32,991 nucleotides of DNA from an uncultured Methanosarcinales archaeon (GCA_964407035.1 CAYOTZ010000002.1:1-32991); one strand, 5' to 3'; shown: positions 1 through 12,694, numbered from the stretch's first letter. Numbers and translations are program-made. The notes: generated by a model not told the origin, from the letters alone.

Positions 1-3690
<3,690 letters not shown>

Positions 3691-3691
3691 T

Positions 3692-3973
3692 ATGCTGAGC
3701 GACGATATCAAACAGGCAAAAGAAGCTGGCAAACTTGTAATTGGAGAAAGAAGAGTTTTGAGAATGCTAAAGCAGGGCAAGCTGAGCAAGGTTGTTGTTG
3801 CCTCAAACGCCAAAGAATCGCTGGTTAGAGAGTTAAGACAGCTTTGCGATATTGCTAATGTTGAGTTAGTTATGGCTAAAGAGTCGGGTTTTGATCTGGG
3901 TGCATTGTGCAAACGCAGTCATAATGTTTCTCTACTTGGTTTTGGTGTGAAAAGTGAAAAAGCTAAAGCTTGA
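3692..3973 (+). CDS. rpl30e: 50S ribosomal protein L30e
   Basis: 93-aa protein of the L7Ae/L30e type (GKLVIGERRVLRMLKQGKLSKVVVASN...). It occupies the canonical position after rpoA2 in the archaeal rpo operon. ATG lies 1 nt after the rpoA2 stop. Confidence 0.9.
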   Translation: MLSDDIKQAKEAGKLVIGERRVLRMLKQGKLSKVVVASNAKESLVRELRQLCDIANVELVMAKESGFDLGALCKRSHNVSLLGFGVKSEKAKA

Positions 3974-4373
3974 TTCAGACTCATTAGCGCTGATAGGAAC
4001 ATTTGAGAAGCTTACAAGGGCCAAGGTGAAGGATTGCTTTACAGACAGCCAGGGTGTCGTCGTTTTTGTCATCCAACAAGGCTATATAGCTAAGGCATTG
4101 GGCAAGCACGGCAAGACAGCTGTTATGGTGACTGAAAAGCTAAAGCGCAAAATCAAGATTGTTGAGTATAGCCCGGATTTGATTAAATTTATAAAGAACC
4201 TCATTCTCCCTTATCAGGTTGATAAGATAGAACAAGAGGGTAAAGTAGTAACCCTATACAGCGATGACACGCATGTCAAGGGTTTGCTAATAGGCAAGAA
4301 CGGCAAGAATCTACGCAACTACGAGACGATTGTGAAGCGCTATTTTGATATTGACGAGATAAAGGTAAAGTAA
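3954..4373 (+). CDS. nusA: Archaeal NusA-like transcription termination/antitermination factor (two KH domains)
   Basis: 139 aa with two GxxG KH motifs (GKHGKT, GKNGKN). Canonical position between rpl30e and rps12. GTG start at 3954 is preceded by GGTGTGA and overlaps rpl30e by 20 nt; the frame only opens at 3951. Confidence 0.88.
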   Translation: MKKLKLDSDSLALIGTFEKLTRAKVKDCFTDSQGVVVFVIQQGYIAKALGKHGKTAVMVTEKLKRKIKIVEYSPDLIKFIKNLILPYQVDKIEQEGKVVTLYSDDTHVKGLLIGKNGKNLRNYETIVKRYFDIDEIKVK

Positions 4374-4374
4374 A

Positions 4375-4812
4375 ATGGGAGCAAAAACTTCAGGACTTAA
4401 TGCTGCTAAGCAACTTTTGAAGAGAAGGAAGAAGAGCAGATGGCTTGATCAGAAGTATAAGCGAAGGATACTTCGTCTAAAAGAGAAGTCAGACCCTTTG
4501 CGCGGTAGCTCTCAAGCTCGCGGTATTGTGCTTGAGAAGGTGCAGTTAGAGGCAAAACAACCCAATTCTGCTATGAGAAAATGCATAAGGGTCCAGCTCA
4601 TTAAGAACGGCAAGCAGGTAACTGCTTTTGTGCCAGGTGACAGTGCTATAAAGTTCATAGACGAACACGACGAGGTTATTATAGAGTGTATAGGCGGTAA
4701 CAAAGGTCGTTCTAAGGGCGATATCCCTGGTGTTAGGTGGCAGGTTATAAAGGTAAATGACCAGAGTTTGGATGCTCTGCTGAGAGGTAAGATAGAGAAG
4801 GCAAGGCGCTAA
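4375..4812 (+). CDS. rps12: 30S ribosomal protein S12 (uS12)
   Basis: [29 protein letters not shown] and [13 protein letters not shown] signatures. ATG lies 1 nt after the nusA stop. Confidence 0.96.
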   Translation: MGAKTSGLNAAKQLLKRRKKSRWLDQKYKRRILRLKEKSDPLRGSSQARGIVLEKVQLEAKQPNSAMRKCIRVQLIKNGKQVTAFVPGDSAIKFIDEHDEVIIECIGGNKGRSKGDIPGVRWQVIKVNDQSLDALLRGKIEKARR

Positions 4813-5765
4813 GGCACATAAACGCTAATACCTTTGTTCTTTATTACCATCCCTATCCTGTTTAGTTCACCCAAATATTCACCGTCTATTTGGCAAGGCA
4901 GCTGCTTGCCCTCAATAAGTGCTTCAGTGCAATGGGCGTAGTGAGCTAGGGATGTGGGCTTTCCACGACGAATCATTATTGCTGCTTTGGTTATGTCCAT
5001 CCGTCCTTGCAGTTTGTAAATGGCTGTTGATAGCAACCCGTCATCAATCTTGGCATGTGGGGCTGGGTAACATGTGTTTCTGGAGGAATAGCACAACCCA
5101 TTTGCCAGTGTTACAAGTTTAGCATGCTCTTTGCTCATTACTCTTCCATCCAATTCTATTCTCGTGAAGGCATAGCGTGGATTTTTGAGCATCTCAACCA
5201 AGGCAGCGAAGGAGTAGAGTACGTCTCTACTATACCACTCTTCCTGTTTTAGTGATTCCGGTGATACTTTGAGAATATTGTTTCTTGTTTTGAGTACATC
5301 TGCGACTATACCGGCATCAAACAAGTTAACGAAATAGCGTCTATTTGGCTCAATTAGCTCCACAAGGTCTATTGGTTTTGGTTTCATTTCACCCCTAAAG
5401 TAACTCATGAGGGTGTCCTCTGGTGTGGCATGGAGCCCAAGTGGGATTTTTATGCCGTTACCTGTGCCGCACAACACGATTAGGAATGAGGGGCACTCAC
5501 AGCTTTCTGCTTCGTATTGCCTTTTCACAGTGTTCACTACACTGTTTACTGTGCCGTCACCACCCAGAATTCCAATGTTTTTACCGTCTGGCTTAAACAT
5601 AGGTATCTTTACTTCACCATCTTGTGTGAGCTCTGTATAAAGAATCTTGCTTTGTTTGGTTTTGGGTTGCCCCTTATTGGCTTGAGCAACGAGGTGTTCC
5701 AACAAACTCTCGAGTTGTGGTACACCTAGAGCTGCTCTGTTCACAATAAAATTGGTGGCTTGCAT
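4809..5765 (-). CDS. Diacylglycerol kinase catalytic-domain family lipid kinase (YegS/BmrU-like)
   Basis: [14 protein letters not shown] and CGTGNG motifs of the DAGK_cat fold. I prefer ATG at 5765 ([10 protein letters not shown]...) over the tracked GTG at 5822, because a TATA-like box (5787-5795, minus strand TATTTATAT) sits about 22 nt upstream of 5765. Confidence 0.8.
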   Translation of the reverse strand: MQATNFIVNRAALGVPQLESLLEHLVAQANKGQPKTKQSKILYTELTQDGEVKIPMFKPDGKNIGILGGDGTVNSVVNTVKRQYEAESCECPSFLIVLCGTGNGIKIPLGLHATPEDTLMSYFRGEMKPKPIDLVELIEPNRRYFVNLFDAGIVADVLKTRNNILKVSPESLKQEEWYSRDVLYSFAALVEMLKNPRYAFTRIELDGRVMSKEHAKLVTLANGLCYSSRNTCYPAPHAKIDDGLLSTAIYKLQGRMDITKAAIMIRRGKPTSLAHYAHCTEALIEGKQLPCQIDGEYLGELNRIGMVIKNKGISVYVP

Positions 5766-5786
5766 AAATGTTATTACTATGCGATG

Positions 5787-5795
5787 ATATAAATA
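5787..5795 (-). promoter_or_regulatory. TATA-like box for the lipid kinase gene
   Basis: Minus-strand TATTTATAT about 22 nt upstream of the ATG at 5765. Same geometry as the other first genes in the window. Confidence 0.35.
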
Positions 5796-5910
5796 CCTTA
5801 CGGCTAAATAAATGTTAAACACAAGTGTGAAAGGTTATGAAAATGCAAAAACTTTAACCAATCGCATTATATTACGTGCAACGAACCTTAACATCATGAA
5901 ATAGAAATAC

Positions 5911-5918
5911 TTTTAAAC
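5911..5918 (+). promoter_or_regulatory. TATA-like box for 5941 ORF
   Basis: TTTTAAAC exactly 22 nt before the ATG at 5941. No Shine-Dalgarno-like motif lies in between, which implies a leaderless transcript. Confidence 0.35.
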
Positions 5919-5940
5919 TTAATACTTAAGTTGTTTTTCA

Positions 5941-6639
5941 ATGCTCAAAAGAAAAAGGAAATTTATTATAACGCCATATCTCTTCTTTATTCTTTTAATT
6001 TTAATTGGAATTTCAATTGGAGTAGTGTTATCTGTAAAATTTGCAATTCCTTATCTAAGAAATGAAATTTCCGAGAGAGTTGTAGATTATAAAGTTTTTT
6101 TCTCAGATAAAATTCCAGGTTACGTCTATGTGAAACTCGAATCTCGTAATGCTTTTGTGGCAGGGCATCCAATAAACATCACTATAGCAACTGGGATTGT
6201 GAATCTTACTTATCTTCAAATCACTATTGAAGGTGCTTCACAATATTTTCCTGGTGAAGTAGAACTTGATAGAGTTGGTTTTAGTTATTTTGAAACTATC
6301 CGAAATAAAACAAGAAACATCATTCCATTAAAAAGAAATATCACTCCTGTCTCAAATATTATTACTTTTAGTGGTAAAGCCAATAATCTTATTTTTGGCT
6401 CAGGGGGATATTTTGATCTTGGCCTAACATTCGCGAGATCTGATGGTAATGTAGTAGGATATGAGGTTGGAATGAGAGATTATGAAATCAAAGACGCAAT
6501 TTATATTGCACCTAGAGAAGTTTTAGTAAATTTCAGGAGTAATAATCTTCTCATTGGACTTGGTTATTTGGCAATTGGGCTTTCTCTGTTCATTACAGGC
6601 ATTAATGGAATATTAATGATTCTATCAAGAATTCTCTAA
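5941..6639 (+). CDS. Hypothetical membrane protein (N- and C-terminal TM helices, extracytoplasmic middle domain)
   Basis: 232-aa ORF in AT-rich island 1. Basic N-terminus plus hydrophobic helix (FIITPYLFFILLILIGISIGVVL) and a C-terminal helix (LLIGLGYLAIGLSLFITGINGILMIL). Four N-x-S/T sequons (NIT, NLT, NKT, NIT). I recognise no family. Confidence 0.6.
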   Translation: MLKRKRKFIITPYLFFILLILIGISIGVVLSVKFAIPYLRNEISERVVDYKVFFSDKIPGYVYVKLESRNAFVAGHPINITIATGIVNLTYLQITIEGASQYFPGEVELDRVGFSYFETIRNKTRNIIPLKRNITPVSNIITFSGKANNLIFGSGGYFDLGLTFARSDGNVVGYEVGMRDYEIKDAIYIAPREVLVNFRSNNLLIGLGYLAIGLSLFITGINGILMILSRIL

Positions 6640-6705
6640 TCTGCGATCACCCTTAGTTTAGGAAAAGTTAGTTTTTTAAACTCGTAATAATGGGGATGTA
6701 AAATT

Positions 6706-7693
6706 ATGAAAGAGCTCTTTACAAGATTAATAAAACTCACGGATTCTAAAGAGAACTTTTTTACAGAGTGTGTAGTCCTAACTATGCAATCTGATATTGC
6801 TTTTGGAAAAAATCTAATACATGCTTTACTTAGTAAAAAATAGATGAAACTGAAAAGATAGAAACCGAGACACAAAAATCATTTCCAGAGAATAACTCCA
6901 TCTTAGATATTTTCATTAGAATAAACAATAATTTTGTACTAGGTGTTGAAAACAAATTAGATGCAGATCTTGGCGATGATCAACTTGAAAAATATTTAAA
7001 ACTACCTCTAGACGCTTTAGCGCTAATTACAGCAAAATACAATTATAAGATATCCCTAGCAGTATTAAAAAATCCAATTTATGTAAAACCGCGGAGCAGG
7101 GAATTCTTTATGTGGCACGACTTTTATGATGTAGTGGATAAAAGTTTTAAACAATCTCAAAATCCTATAACTGGTGCGCTTTTTGGTTTGTTTGAGAGCT
7201 TAGGGTTCGATCCACCACCCCAAAATCTAGAGGATATGTATCATCCTGATGAAGCTGTAAGAAAGAAAAATAGAGAAAGTTTTAGTAAAAGATATCGTCC
7301 TCTTATAGAGGAACTTAAAAATAGAGGCTGGAAAAAATATATCCTGGTTCTGTAGTAGAGCTTTATATAGAAAAAGGTAAATCAAAGACGATAAAATCTA
7401 TGTGGATTGATCCTGTATGGATAAGGAATAATTTAAGGGTTAGAATAACATCCTCTGATGAAAATCAGATAAATGAAATCAAACAGATTTTCGAGGAGCA
7501 TAAGAACCAAATACATCCAGATGTTTTTATTGAAATAAAAAAGGTAAAACGTGCGTGTGGAGAGGAAAAGATAATTAAAGTCATTGTTCCTATGAAAAAA
7601 CTTTTTAATAGAGCATCTGGAGATGAAATAAATCAAAAATTGAAAACATATATAGTGAAGATATTTGATGCGTTAGATGATAATATTACTTGA
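6706..7693 (+). pseudogene. PD-(D/E)xK nuclease family gene interrupted by two -1 frame changes (covers tracked ORFs 7110..7355 and 7400..7693)
   Basis: Frame 1, 6706-6840: MKELFTRLIKLTDSKENFFTECVVLT...LLSKK, then TAG. Frame 3 continues from 6840: IDETEKIETETQKSFPENNSILDIFIRINNNFVLGVENKLDADLGDDQLEKYL...NRGWKK, which contains the D...ExK nuclease core. Frame 2 continues from about 7337: IYPGSVVELYIEKGKS...DDNIT. Both shifts occur inside A6 runs (6835-6840 and 7332-7337). Confidence 0.7.
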
Positions 7694-7819
7694 GCACTAT
7701 CTGTCCAACGCTATGCAAGTTTCAGTTGCTCACTAGGTCTCGCTTTAATCGATTTTTGGGATTGGGTAAACGGTTCACAAGCGCCATGTGCTATATAACT
7801 TCCTCCCGTAGAGGTAAGA

Positions 7820-7827
7820 TTTATATA
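7820..7827 (+). promoter_or_regulatory. TATA box for DUF3795 gene
   Basis: TTTATATA exactly 22 nt upstream of the ATG at 7850. Confidence 0.4.
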
Positions 7828-7849
7828 CCTGCTTAGGCTTATTTAAGTT

Positions 7850-8116
7850 ATGAGGGTTGGGGCATGTGGGATTTGTTGTGAAACCTGTGGTTTATTTACT
7901 AAAGAAATTTGTCCTGGTTGTGAAAAGACAGAGGAGAATGTGGAGTTTTTGAAGGGTATTAATGCTAATTGTCCAGTTCTTGAGTGTGCTGTAAAGAATA
8001 AGGTTGATGTTTGTTCTAGAGACTGCGATAGATTTCCGTGTGAAAAATTTAGGGGTTGGCCCTTAGTGAATGATTGGTTAGAAATGTTCAAGAATAGGTT
8101 AAAATCTAAGAAATAG
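7850..8116 (+). CDS. DUF3795-like cysteine-rich protein
   Basis: 88 aa. ACGICCETCGLF...CPGC...CPVLECAVKNKVDVCSRDCDRFPCEKF matches the Cys spacing I associate with DUF3795. Confidence 0.7.
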   Translation: MRVGACGICCETCGLFTKEICPGCEKTEENVEFLKGINANCPVLECAVKNKVDVCSRDCDRFPCEKFRGWPLVNDWLEMFKNRLKSKK

Positions 8117-8117
8117 A

Positions 8118-8136
8118 TAAGCAGAAAAATTGCTTA
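8118..8136. terminator. Hairpin between convergent DUF3795 gene and ileS
   Basis: TAAGCA (8118-8123), 7-nt loop, TGCTTA (8131-8136). It overlaps the ileS stop codon. Function as a terminator is speculative. Confidence 0.2.
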
Positions 8137-11100
8137 AACCTTGCTCAGAGAAATAACTATCTTGTGTTTGTTTATGCTATGCTCTTCAGTGTGCTCAAGC
8201 TTCTCTTTAGAGTTAAACCGAAGCTCCACAACACCACATTTTTTAGCTATCATAAGCTTCCACTTACTCAGCATTTCCACAACCTCACTGCTGCATGCCA
8301 GATTGAGTTTTATCTTGTGCTGCTTCTTGAGCCCTGCCCCCTTTCTAAGGGCTTGCACACGCCGCACAATTTCTCTAGCAAACCCCTCTGCTTCAAGCTC
8401 TGGAGTTATCACAGTACTCAGATATGCCTTGCCATAATGGCACTCACCAGAAACCCAACCCTTTGGCAGCACCTCTTCCACGATTAAGTCCTCTTTGCTC
8501 AACAAATACCTGCCAATACTTAAGTCCTTGGTGCTGAGTTGCTTGACAACCTTCTCAGCCGGTAATGTCTGGAGTTGCTCCACTATCAGCTTGGTATCTG
8601 CACCGAACCTCTTACCAAGTGTGCTGTAATTTGGCTTAACTCTATACTCTACTTCAAACTTCTGCTTGACAGCCATCCTCTTTATATTGGTGTGCTCCTT
8701 TATCAGCCCCAGCAATGGCTTTAATTTACTGCTAAAGCTCTTGTTAGAGGGCACAATGACTGCTTCTAACATAGGCCACCTCACACCTCGCCCAGCCTTA
8801 TCTCTTGCTGATAGCAATGCCTGGATAAACCCATAAGCCAAACCCATGCTCTCCTCTAATTTCTTGTCAATTAGGGCTTTGTTGGGCTTTGGCCAACTAC
8901 ACAGATGCACAGAATCCTCCTTGAGTTTCAGCTTTGGCTTGAGGTTTTGGAATATTTGCTCAGCTATGAATGGTGTAACCGGAGCCAAAAGTTTAACACA
9001 ATTAAGCAACACAGTGGCAATAGTATTAACAACGAGTTGCTTCGTGGCTGGCTCATTTATCTTATCCCGTGTGAATTGTATATAGCTTCGAGAGAGCTCA
9101 AGGAAGAGCTCCTCCAATTTTGCCGGCACTCTGTCAATATTGAACTTCTCAAGCAGCTTGGTTACCTCAACGATTGTTGAATTCAAGCGTGATAAGATGT
9201 ATCTCTCCTCAAGCTCTAGCCCGTCTGCGTTCTTTATTGTTTTTAACTCAAGCCCATCTGAGTACTCCAAGAGGTAGTTGTGTATGTTCCACAGCACCAC
9301 TAAGCTTCTGTATTTTGTGCGAACATCCTCCATGTTGTAGTTCAAATCCAAGCCCGCATTTGCCCCACCTATAGAATAAAGCCTGAAGGTGTCGGCCCCG
9401 TACTTGTTGACAACCTCTTGTGGGGATATGACATTGCCCAAACTTTTGGACATCTTTCTGCCAGCAGCGTCCTGAACAAACCCATGCATATAGCAGCGCT
9501 TGAATGCTGGCTTTCCTAGGGCTACCATAGAGGTTACCAAAAGCAAGTTAAACCAGCCCCTAATCTGGTCCTTTCCTTCAAGTATGAGGTCTGGTGGATA
9601 GAGCTTTTTGAACAAGGCTTTTTTCTGGGGAAAGTCCAAGCAGTTCCAGGATGACGTGCCTGCATCTATCCACACATCGAGTATGTCTGGGCAGCGCTTC
9701 ATAGTGCCACCGCATTTGCATTTCCAAACAAGCTCATCGATCCATGGTTTGTGAAGGTTCTCTGGCAACTTGCCTGCCCTTTCCTCAAGCTCCTTTAAAC
9801 TCCCAATGACCTCATAGCTGTTGCACTTCTCGCATTGCCATATAGGTAGTGGTGTGCCCCAGTATCTCTGTCTTGTAATTGAGTTATCACGGAGCTTCTC
9901 GAGCCACGAATCAAACCAGCTCTTGCCTGCCCAGTCAGGCACCCAGTAGGTGCTCTTGTTGAGTTTTCTCATCTTAGGTATAAGGTCCTCAACCTTGAAG
10001 AACCACTGCCTTGTTGTGCGAAAGATAACTGGTTGTTTGCACCTCCAGCAATGAGCATAATCGTGCTCCACTGGGGTTATAGCAATCAAAGCACCTCGCT
10101 CTTTGAGGTCATTAATGAACTTATCATCATCTTGCTTTGCCACCCATCCTGCAAACTTACCCATTGTTTTTGGAAACACACCCTCCTCTGACAGGTTGTT
10201 GAAGGGGGGTATGCCCTCTCTGTGGCCCACCTCATAATCCTCTGGACCGCAACCAGGAGCCATGTGCACCAAACCTGTGCCGGCTGACAAATCCACATAT
10301 TCGCTACTGAGCACCACGCTATGTATCTTCTTGTTCTTGCACTCCTTAGAGTAATCTATCTCCTCAGCTTGTGGGTGCTCATACTTTAACCCAGCCAGCT
10401 CTGCTCCCTTGAATTCCTCCAATACCCTATAAGGTTTGCCTACCACACCATTCATGAAGGCCCCCACTAATCCCTTGGCCACAACCCAAACTTCACCATC
10501 CACCTCAACCCTAACATAATCTAGCTCTGGGTGCACCATCACCCCCAGGTTGAATGGGATAGTCCAGGGTGTAGTTGTCCAGATTACAAGATACTCATTC
10601 TGCTTATGCTTTACCCTGAATTTTACAAATATTGAGTTTTCTGTTACCTTCTTATATTCAAGTTCGTGCTTGGCGAGAGCAGTAGAGCAATGCCTACACC
10701 AATGCATTGTCTTCTCAGCTTGATAGAGACGCTTGCGCTTATCTGCTTGCTTAATCAGCCACCATTCACCTTCAATGTACTCTTTTGTTATCGGCATGTA
10801 TGCATTCTCAAAATCCATCCACACCCCCAACCTCTTAAACTCCTGATTCATTACCTTCATGTTTTCTATTGCGAACCTTTGGCATTCCTCTACAAAGCGT
10901 GAAACACCAAAACTCTCTATGTCTCCTTTTGTTTCCAACTTTAGTTTTTGTTGCACTTTTCTGGCTGTGGGCAGACCGTGCATGTCATACCCTGCCCTTT
11001 CCCACACATCATAACCCCGCATCCTCAGGTAGCGAAGCACACAATCCTTTAGCGATTTGTTCCAGGCAGTGCCTATGTGAACATGTCCAGAGGTGTAAGG

Positions 11101-11226
11101 AGGTCCGTCCAAAAAGTAGAATAAGGGCTTACTCTTGTTTGCCGCCTTTGCTTTTTGATATGCCTTGTTTTTCTCCCAAAATTCCAGTATTTCTGGTTCG
11201 AGTTTGTGTGGATTATAGCCAGCCAT
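8134..11226 (-). CDS. ileS: Isoleucyl-tRNA synthetase
   Basis: 1030 aa. HIGH region PPYTSGHVHIGTAWNK, KMSKSLGN, an editing-domain-sized insertion, and Zn-type CxxC pairs (WCRHCSTAL, CWRCKQP, CEKCNS). Confidence 0.97.
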   Translation of the reverse strand: MAGYNPHKLEPEILEFWEKNKAYQKAKAANKSKPLFYFLDGPPYTSGHVHIGTAWNKSLKDCVLRYLRMRGYDVWERAGYDMHGLPTARKVQQKLKLETKGDIESFGVSRFVEECQRFAIENMKVMNQEFKRLGVWMDFENAYMPITKEYIEGEWWLIKQADKRKRLYQAEKTMHWCRHCSTALAKHELEYKKVTENSIFVKFRVKHKQNEYLVIWTTTPWTIPFNLGVMVHPELDYVRVEVDGEVWVVAKGLVGAFMNGVVGKPYRVLEEFKGAELAGLKYEHPQAEEIDYSKECKNKKIHSVVLSSEYVDLSAGTGLVHMAPGCGPEDYEVGHREGIPPFNNLSEEGVFPKTMGKFAGWVAKQDDDKFINDLKERGALIAITPVEHDYAHCWRCKQPVIFRTTRQWFFKVEDLIPKMRKLNKSTYWVPDWAGKSWFDSWLEKLRDNSITRQRYWGTPLPIWQCEKCNSYEVIGSLKELEERAGKLPENLHKPWIDELVWKCKCGGTMKRCPDILDVWIDAGTSSWNCLDFPQKKALFKKLYPPDLILEGKDQIRGWFNLLLVTSMVALGKPAFKRCYMHGFVQDAAGRKMSKSLGNVISPQEVVNKYGADTFRLYSIGGANAGLDLNYNMEDVRTKYRSLVVLWNIHNYLLEYSDGLELKTIKNADGLELEERYILSRLNSTIVEVTKLLEKFNIDRVPAKLEELFLELSRSYIQFTRDKINEPATKQLVVNTIATVLLNCVKLLAPVTPFIAEQIFQNLKPKLKLKEDSVHLCSWPKPNKALIDKKLEESMGLAYGFIQALLSARDKAGRGVRWPMLEAVIVPSNKSFSSKLKPLLGLIKEHTNIKRMAVKQKFEVEYRVKPNYSTLGKRFGADTKLIVEQLQTLPAEKVVKQLSTKDLSIGRYLLSKEDLIVEEVLPKGWVSGECHYGKAYLSTVITPELEAEGFAREIVRRVQALRKGAGLKKQHKIKLNLACSSEVVEMLSKWKLMIAKKCGVVELRFNSKEKLEHTEEHSINKHKIVISLSKV

Positions 11227-11249
11227 TTTAACTCCCTTATAAGCATGGA

Positions 11250-11257
11250 TTTATAAA
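11250..11257 (-). promoter_or_regulatory. TATA box for ileS
   Basis: Palindromic TTTATAAA 23 nt upstream of the ileS ATG (11226) on the minus strand. Confidence 0.4.
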
Positions 11258-11361
11258 TGTTTAGAAAGATCATATAATAAGAATAATCATAGCATTAGTG
11301 TGTGCCATGAGTTCTGGGAAGAAGGTGATTGTTATAAATCTTTCTGTTTTTGTGGGAGATA

Positions 11362-11548
11362 ACATACACGATAAGCGATGTTTTGCATTAGAGAATTTAG
11401 ACGAAAGCCGAAGATAGAAGTCAGCTTCGTTGTTGTGTTTCCCGAACCCGAAGGCTGAGGACGAGGAATAGCCGCAGGCGATTCTCACGAACTGAGAAAT
11501 CTCAAAGAGTTGTAAGGGTGCGAACGAAGGGGCGCTTATTTTTTAATC
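11362..11548 (+). ncRNA. Candidate structured RNA or gene relic (identity unknown)
   Basis: No convincing ORF on either strand. G+C is 31/60 and 29/60 in 11401-11520, versus 8/60 in 11541-11600. Closing helix ATAAGCG (11371-11377) pairs with CGCTTAT (11533-11539), followed by T6 (11539-11544). Internal hairpins: CGAAG/CTTCG (11409-11413 / 11425-11429), GGCT/AGCC (11453-11456 / 11470-11473), TTCTCA/TGAGAA (11482-11487 / 11493-11498). TTATAAAT lies at 11332-11339 upstream. Confidence 0.15.
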
Positions 11549-11587
11549 AATACTGTGTTTTTTAAATTTTTAAAAAAAACCAATTAT

Positions 11588-12670
11588 TCAATGAAATAAA
11601 AATATAACAAAGGAGGGTATAATATAGAATGTAGTTGCGATGTAAGCTAAAGGATATATTTTAGTTCTTTGAGATAGTCTAGCCAATATTTTAGATAAGC
11701 CAATTGGTATTCTTCTAATTGGATATATCATAACAGAACCAAAAGTGTTAAACAATACATGTTCAAGTGCAACAGTAACTGCTGCTGGTGACCCCGTTAC
11801 TAAAGAGGCAATTAATGCTGTAAAAGTAGTGCCAATATTTGCACCTAAAATATATGGAAATATTTTTTCAAGAGTTAAAATTCCAACTCCAACTAAAGGC
11901 ACTATTAATGATGTGCTTACTGAACTACTTTGAACCACTCCTGTTAAGACCAAACCAAAACCAAAGCTTCTTAGTGGTGTTTTAAATATATGTTTATTTA
12001 ATAAATGTTTAAATTCTAATTTAGCTGACGGCTTTATCACCTTTACAAAATATCTTAATGAAAAGAATAACAGAATTAATGAAAAGAATAGAATGATTGC
12101 AGCATTATTCGATAAAAGATTTTGAATAGAGTGGGTTGCTGGTTTAAGAATATAATTTAGTGGACTTGTAAATCGAACATTCATATTTGAGCTTAAGAAA
12201 AACTGAGTTAAGAACAGTGCACAGTTTTCTAAAATGTGGAAATACATTTCAAGTGGAAACATAATTATTACTACAATAAAATTAAAGAAATCATGAACAG
12301 TAGCAACCTCAAATGCTTTTCTAAATTCTTCTTTTTTGGTGATATGCCCTAGAGAAACAATTGTATTAGTAATGCTTGTCCCTATATTTGCACCCATTAT
12401 TAATGGTATGGCATTGCTTATTGATAATGCCCCAGTAGCTGTTAGGCCAACTAATATAGAAGTAGTAACAGAAGAACTCTGGACAAGAGATGTTGCCAGA
12501 ATCCCTATAAAAAGCCCAACAATAGGATTTGTTGTGAATGATATTAGGGATTCGGCAAAACCAGTTCCAAATAGTTTGAAAGAAGCCTCCATTAGTTTGA
12601 TACTTAGTAGAAAAAAGTATAATACTATTATTAGTAAGACAGCTCTTTTTATTATTTTTTTCTTTTCCAT
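11588..12670 (-). CDS. Na+/phosphate cotransporter family protein (Na_Pi_cotrans, NptA/YjbB-like)
   Basis: 360 aa, polytopic. Duplicated signature LVQSSSVTTSILVGL...GANIGTSITN and VVQSSSVSTSLIVPLV...GANIGTTFTA. The gene is strongly AT-rich. Confidence 0.9.
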   Translation of the reverse strand: MEKKKIIKRAVLLIIVLYFFLLSIKLMEASFKLFGTGFAESLISFTTNPIVGLFIGILATSLVQSSSVTTSILVGLTATGALSISNAIPLIMGANIGTSITNTIVSLGHITKKEEFRKAFEVATVHDFFNFIVVIIMFPLEMYFHILENCALFLTQFFLSSNMNVRFTSPLNYILKPATHSIQNLLSNNAAIILFFSLILLFFSLRYFVKVIKPSAKLEFKHLLNKHIFKTPLRSFGFGLVLTGVVQSSSVSTSLIVPLVGVGILTLEKIFPYILGANIGTTFTALIASLVTGSPAAVTVALEHVLFNTFGSVMIYPIRRIPIGLSKILARLSQRTKIYPLAYIATTFYIIPSFVIFLFH

Positions 12671-12694
12671 ATACTACAAATCTTGTTATAACTG

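Noticed and set aside
6636-6875. Tracked minus-strand 79-aa ORF
   Set aside because: The plus strand here encodes the recognisable N-terminal part of the PD-(D/E)xK nuclease (ENFFTE block, then the frame switch). The minus ORF is an AT-rich shadow.
7204-7213. GGTTCGATCC, a tRNA T-loop-like string
   Set aside because: The flanking bases (TTAGG / CCACC) cannot form a T-stem, and there is no acceptor or anticodon arm. It lies within the nuclease coding frame (GFDPPP).
8141-11231. Several plus-strand ORFs (for example 8141..8437, 8846..9085, 10869..11231) opposite ileS
   Set aside because: They are antisense to a full-length IleRS with intact HIGH and KMSKS motifs. They have no recognisable domains and their composition mirrors the ileS codons.
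11270-11488. Tracked minus-strand 72-aa ORF, and a 36-aa plus-strand ORF (11307-11417)
   Set aside because: Neither has family resemblance, an RBS or promoter geometry. The region is better described as non-coding (candidate RNA or relic).
11362-11548. RNase P RNA or SRP RNA identity for the GC-rich patch
   Set aside because: GACGAAAGCCGAAG superficially resembles the P4 GAGGAAAGUCC element, but no complementary CGGCUU strand exists downstream. On the minus strand CGGCUUU exists but lacks a 5' partner. No GGAA/AGCA helix-8 motif of SRP RNA is present. The segment is too short for either RNA.
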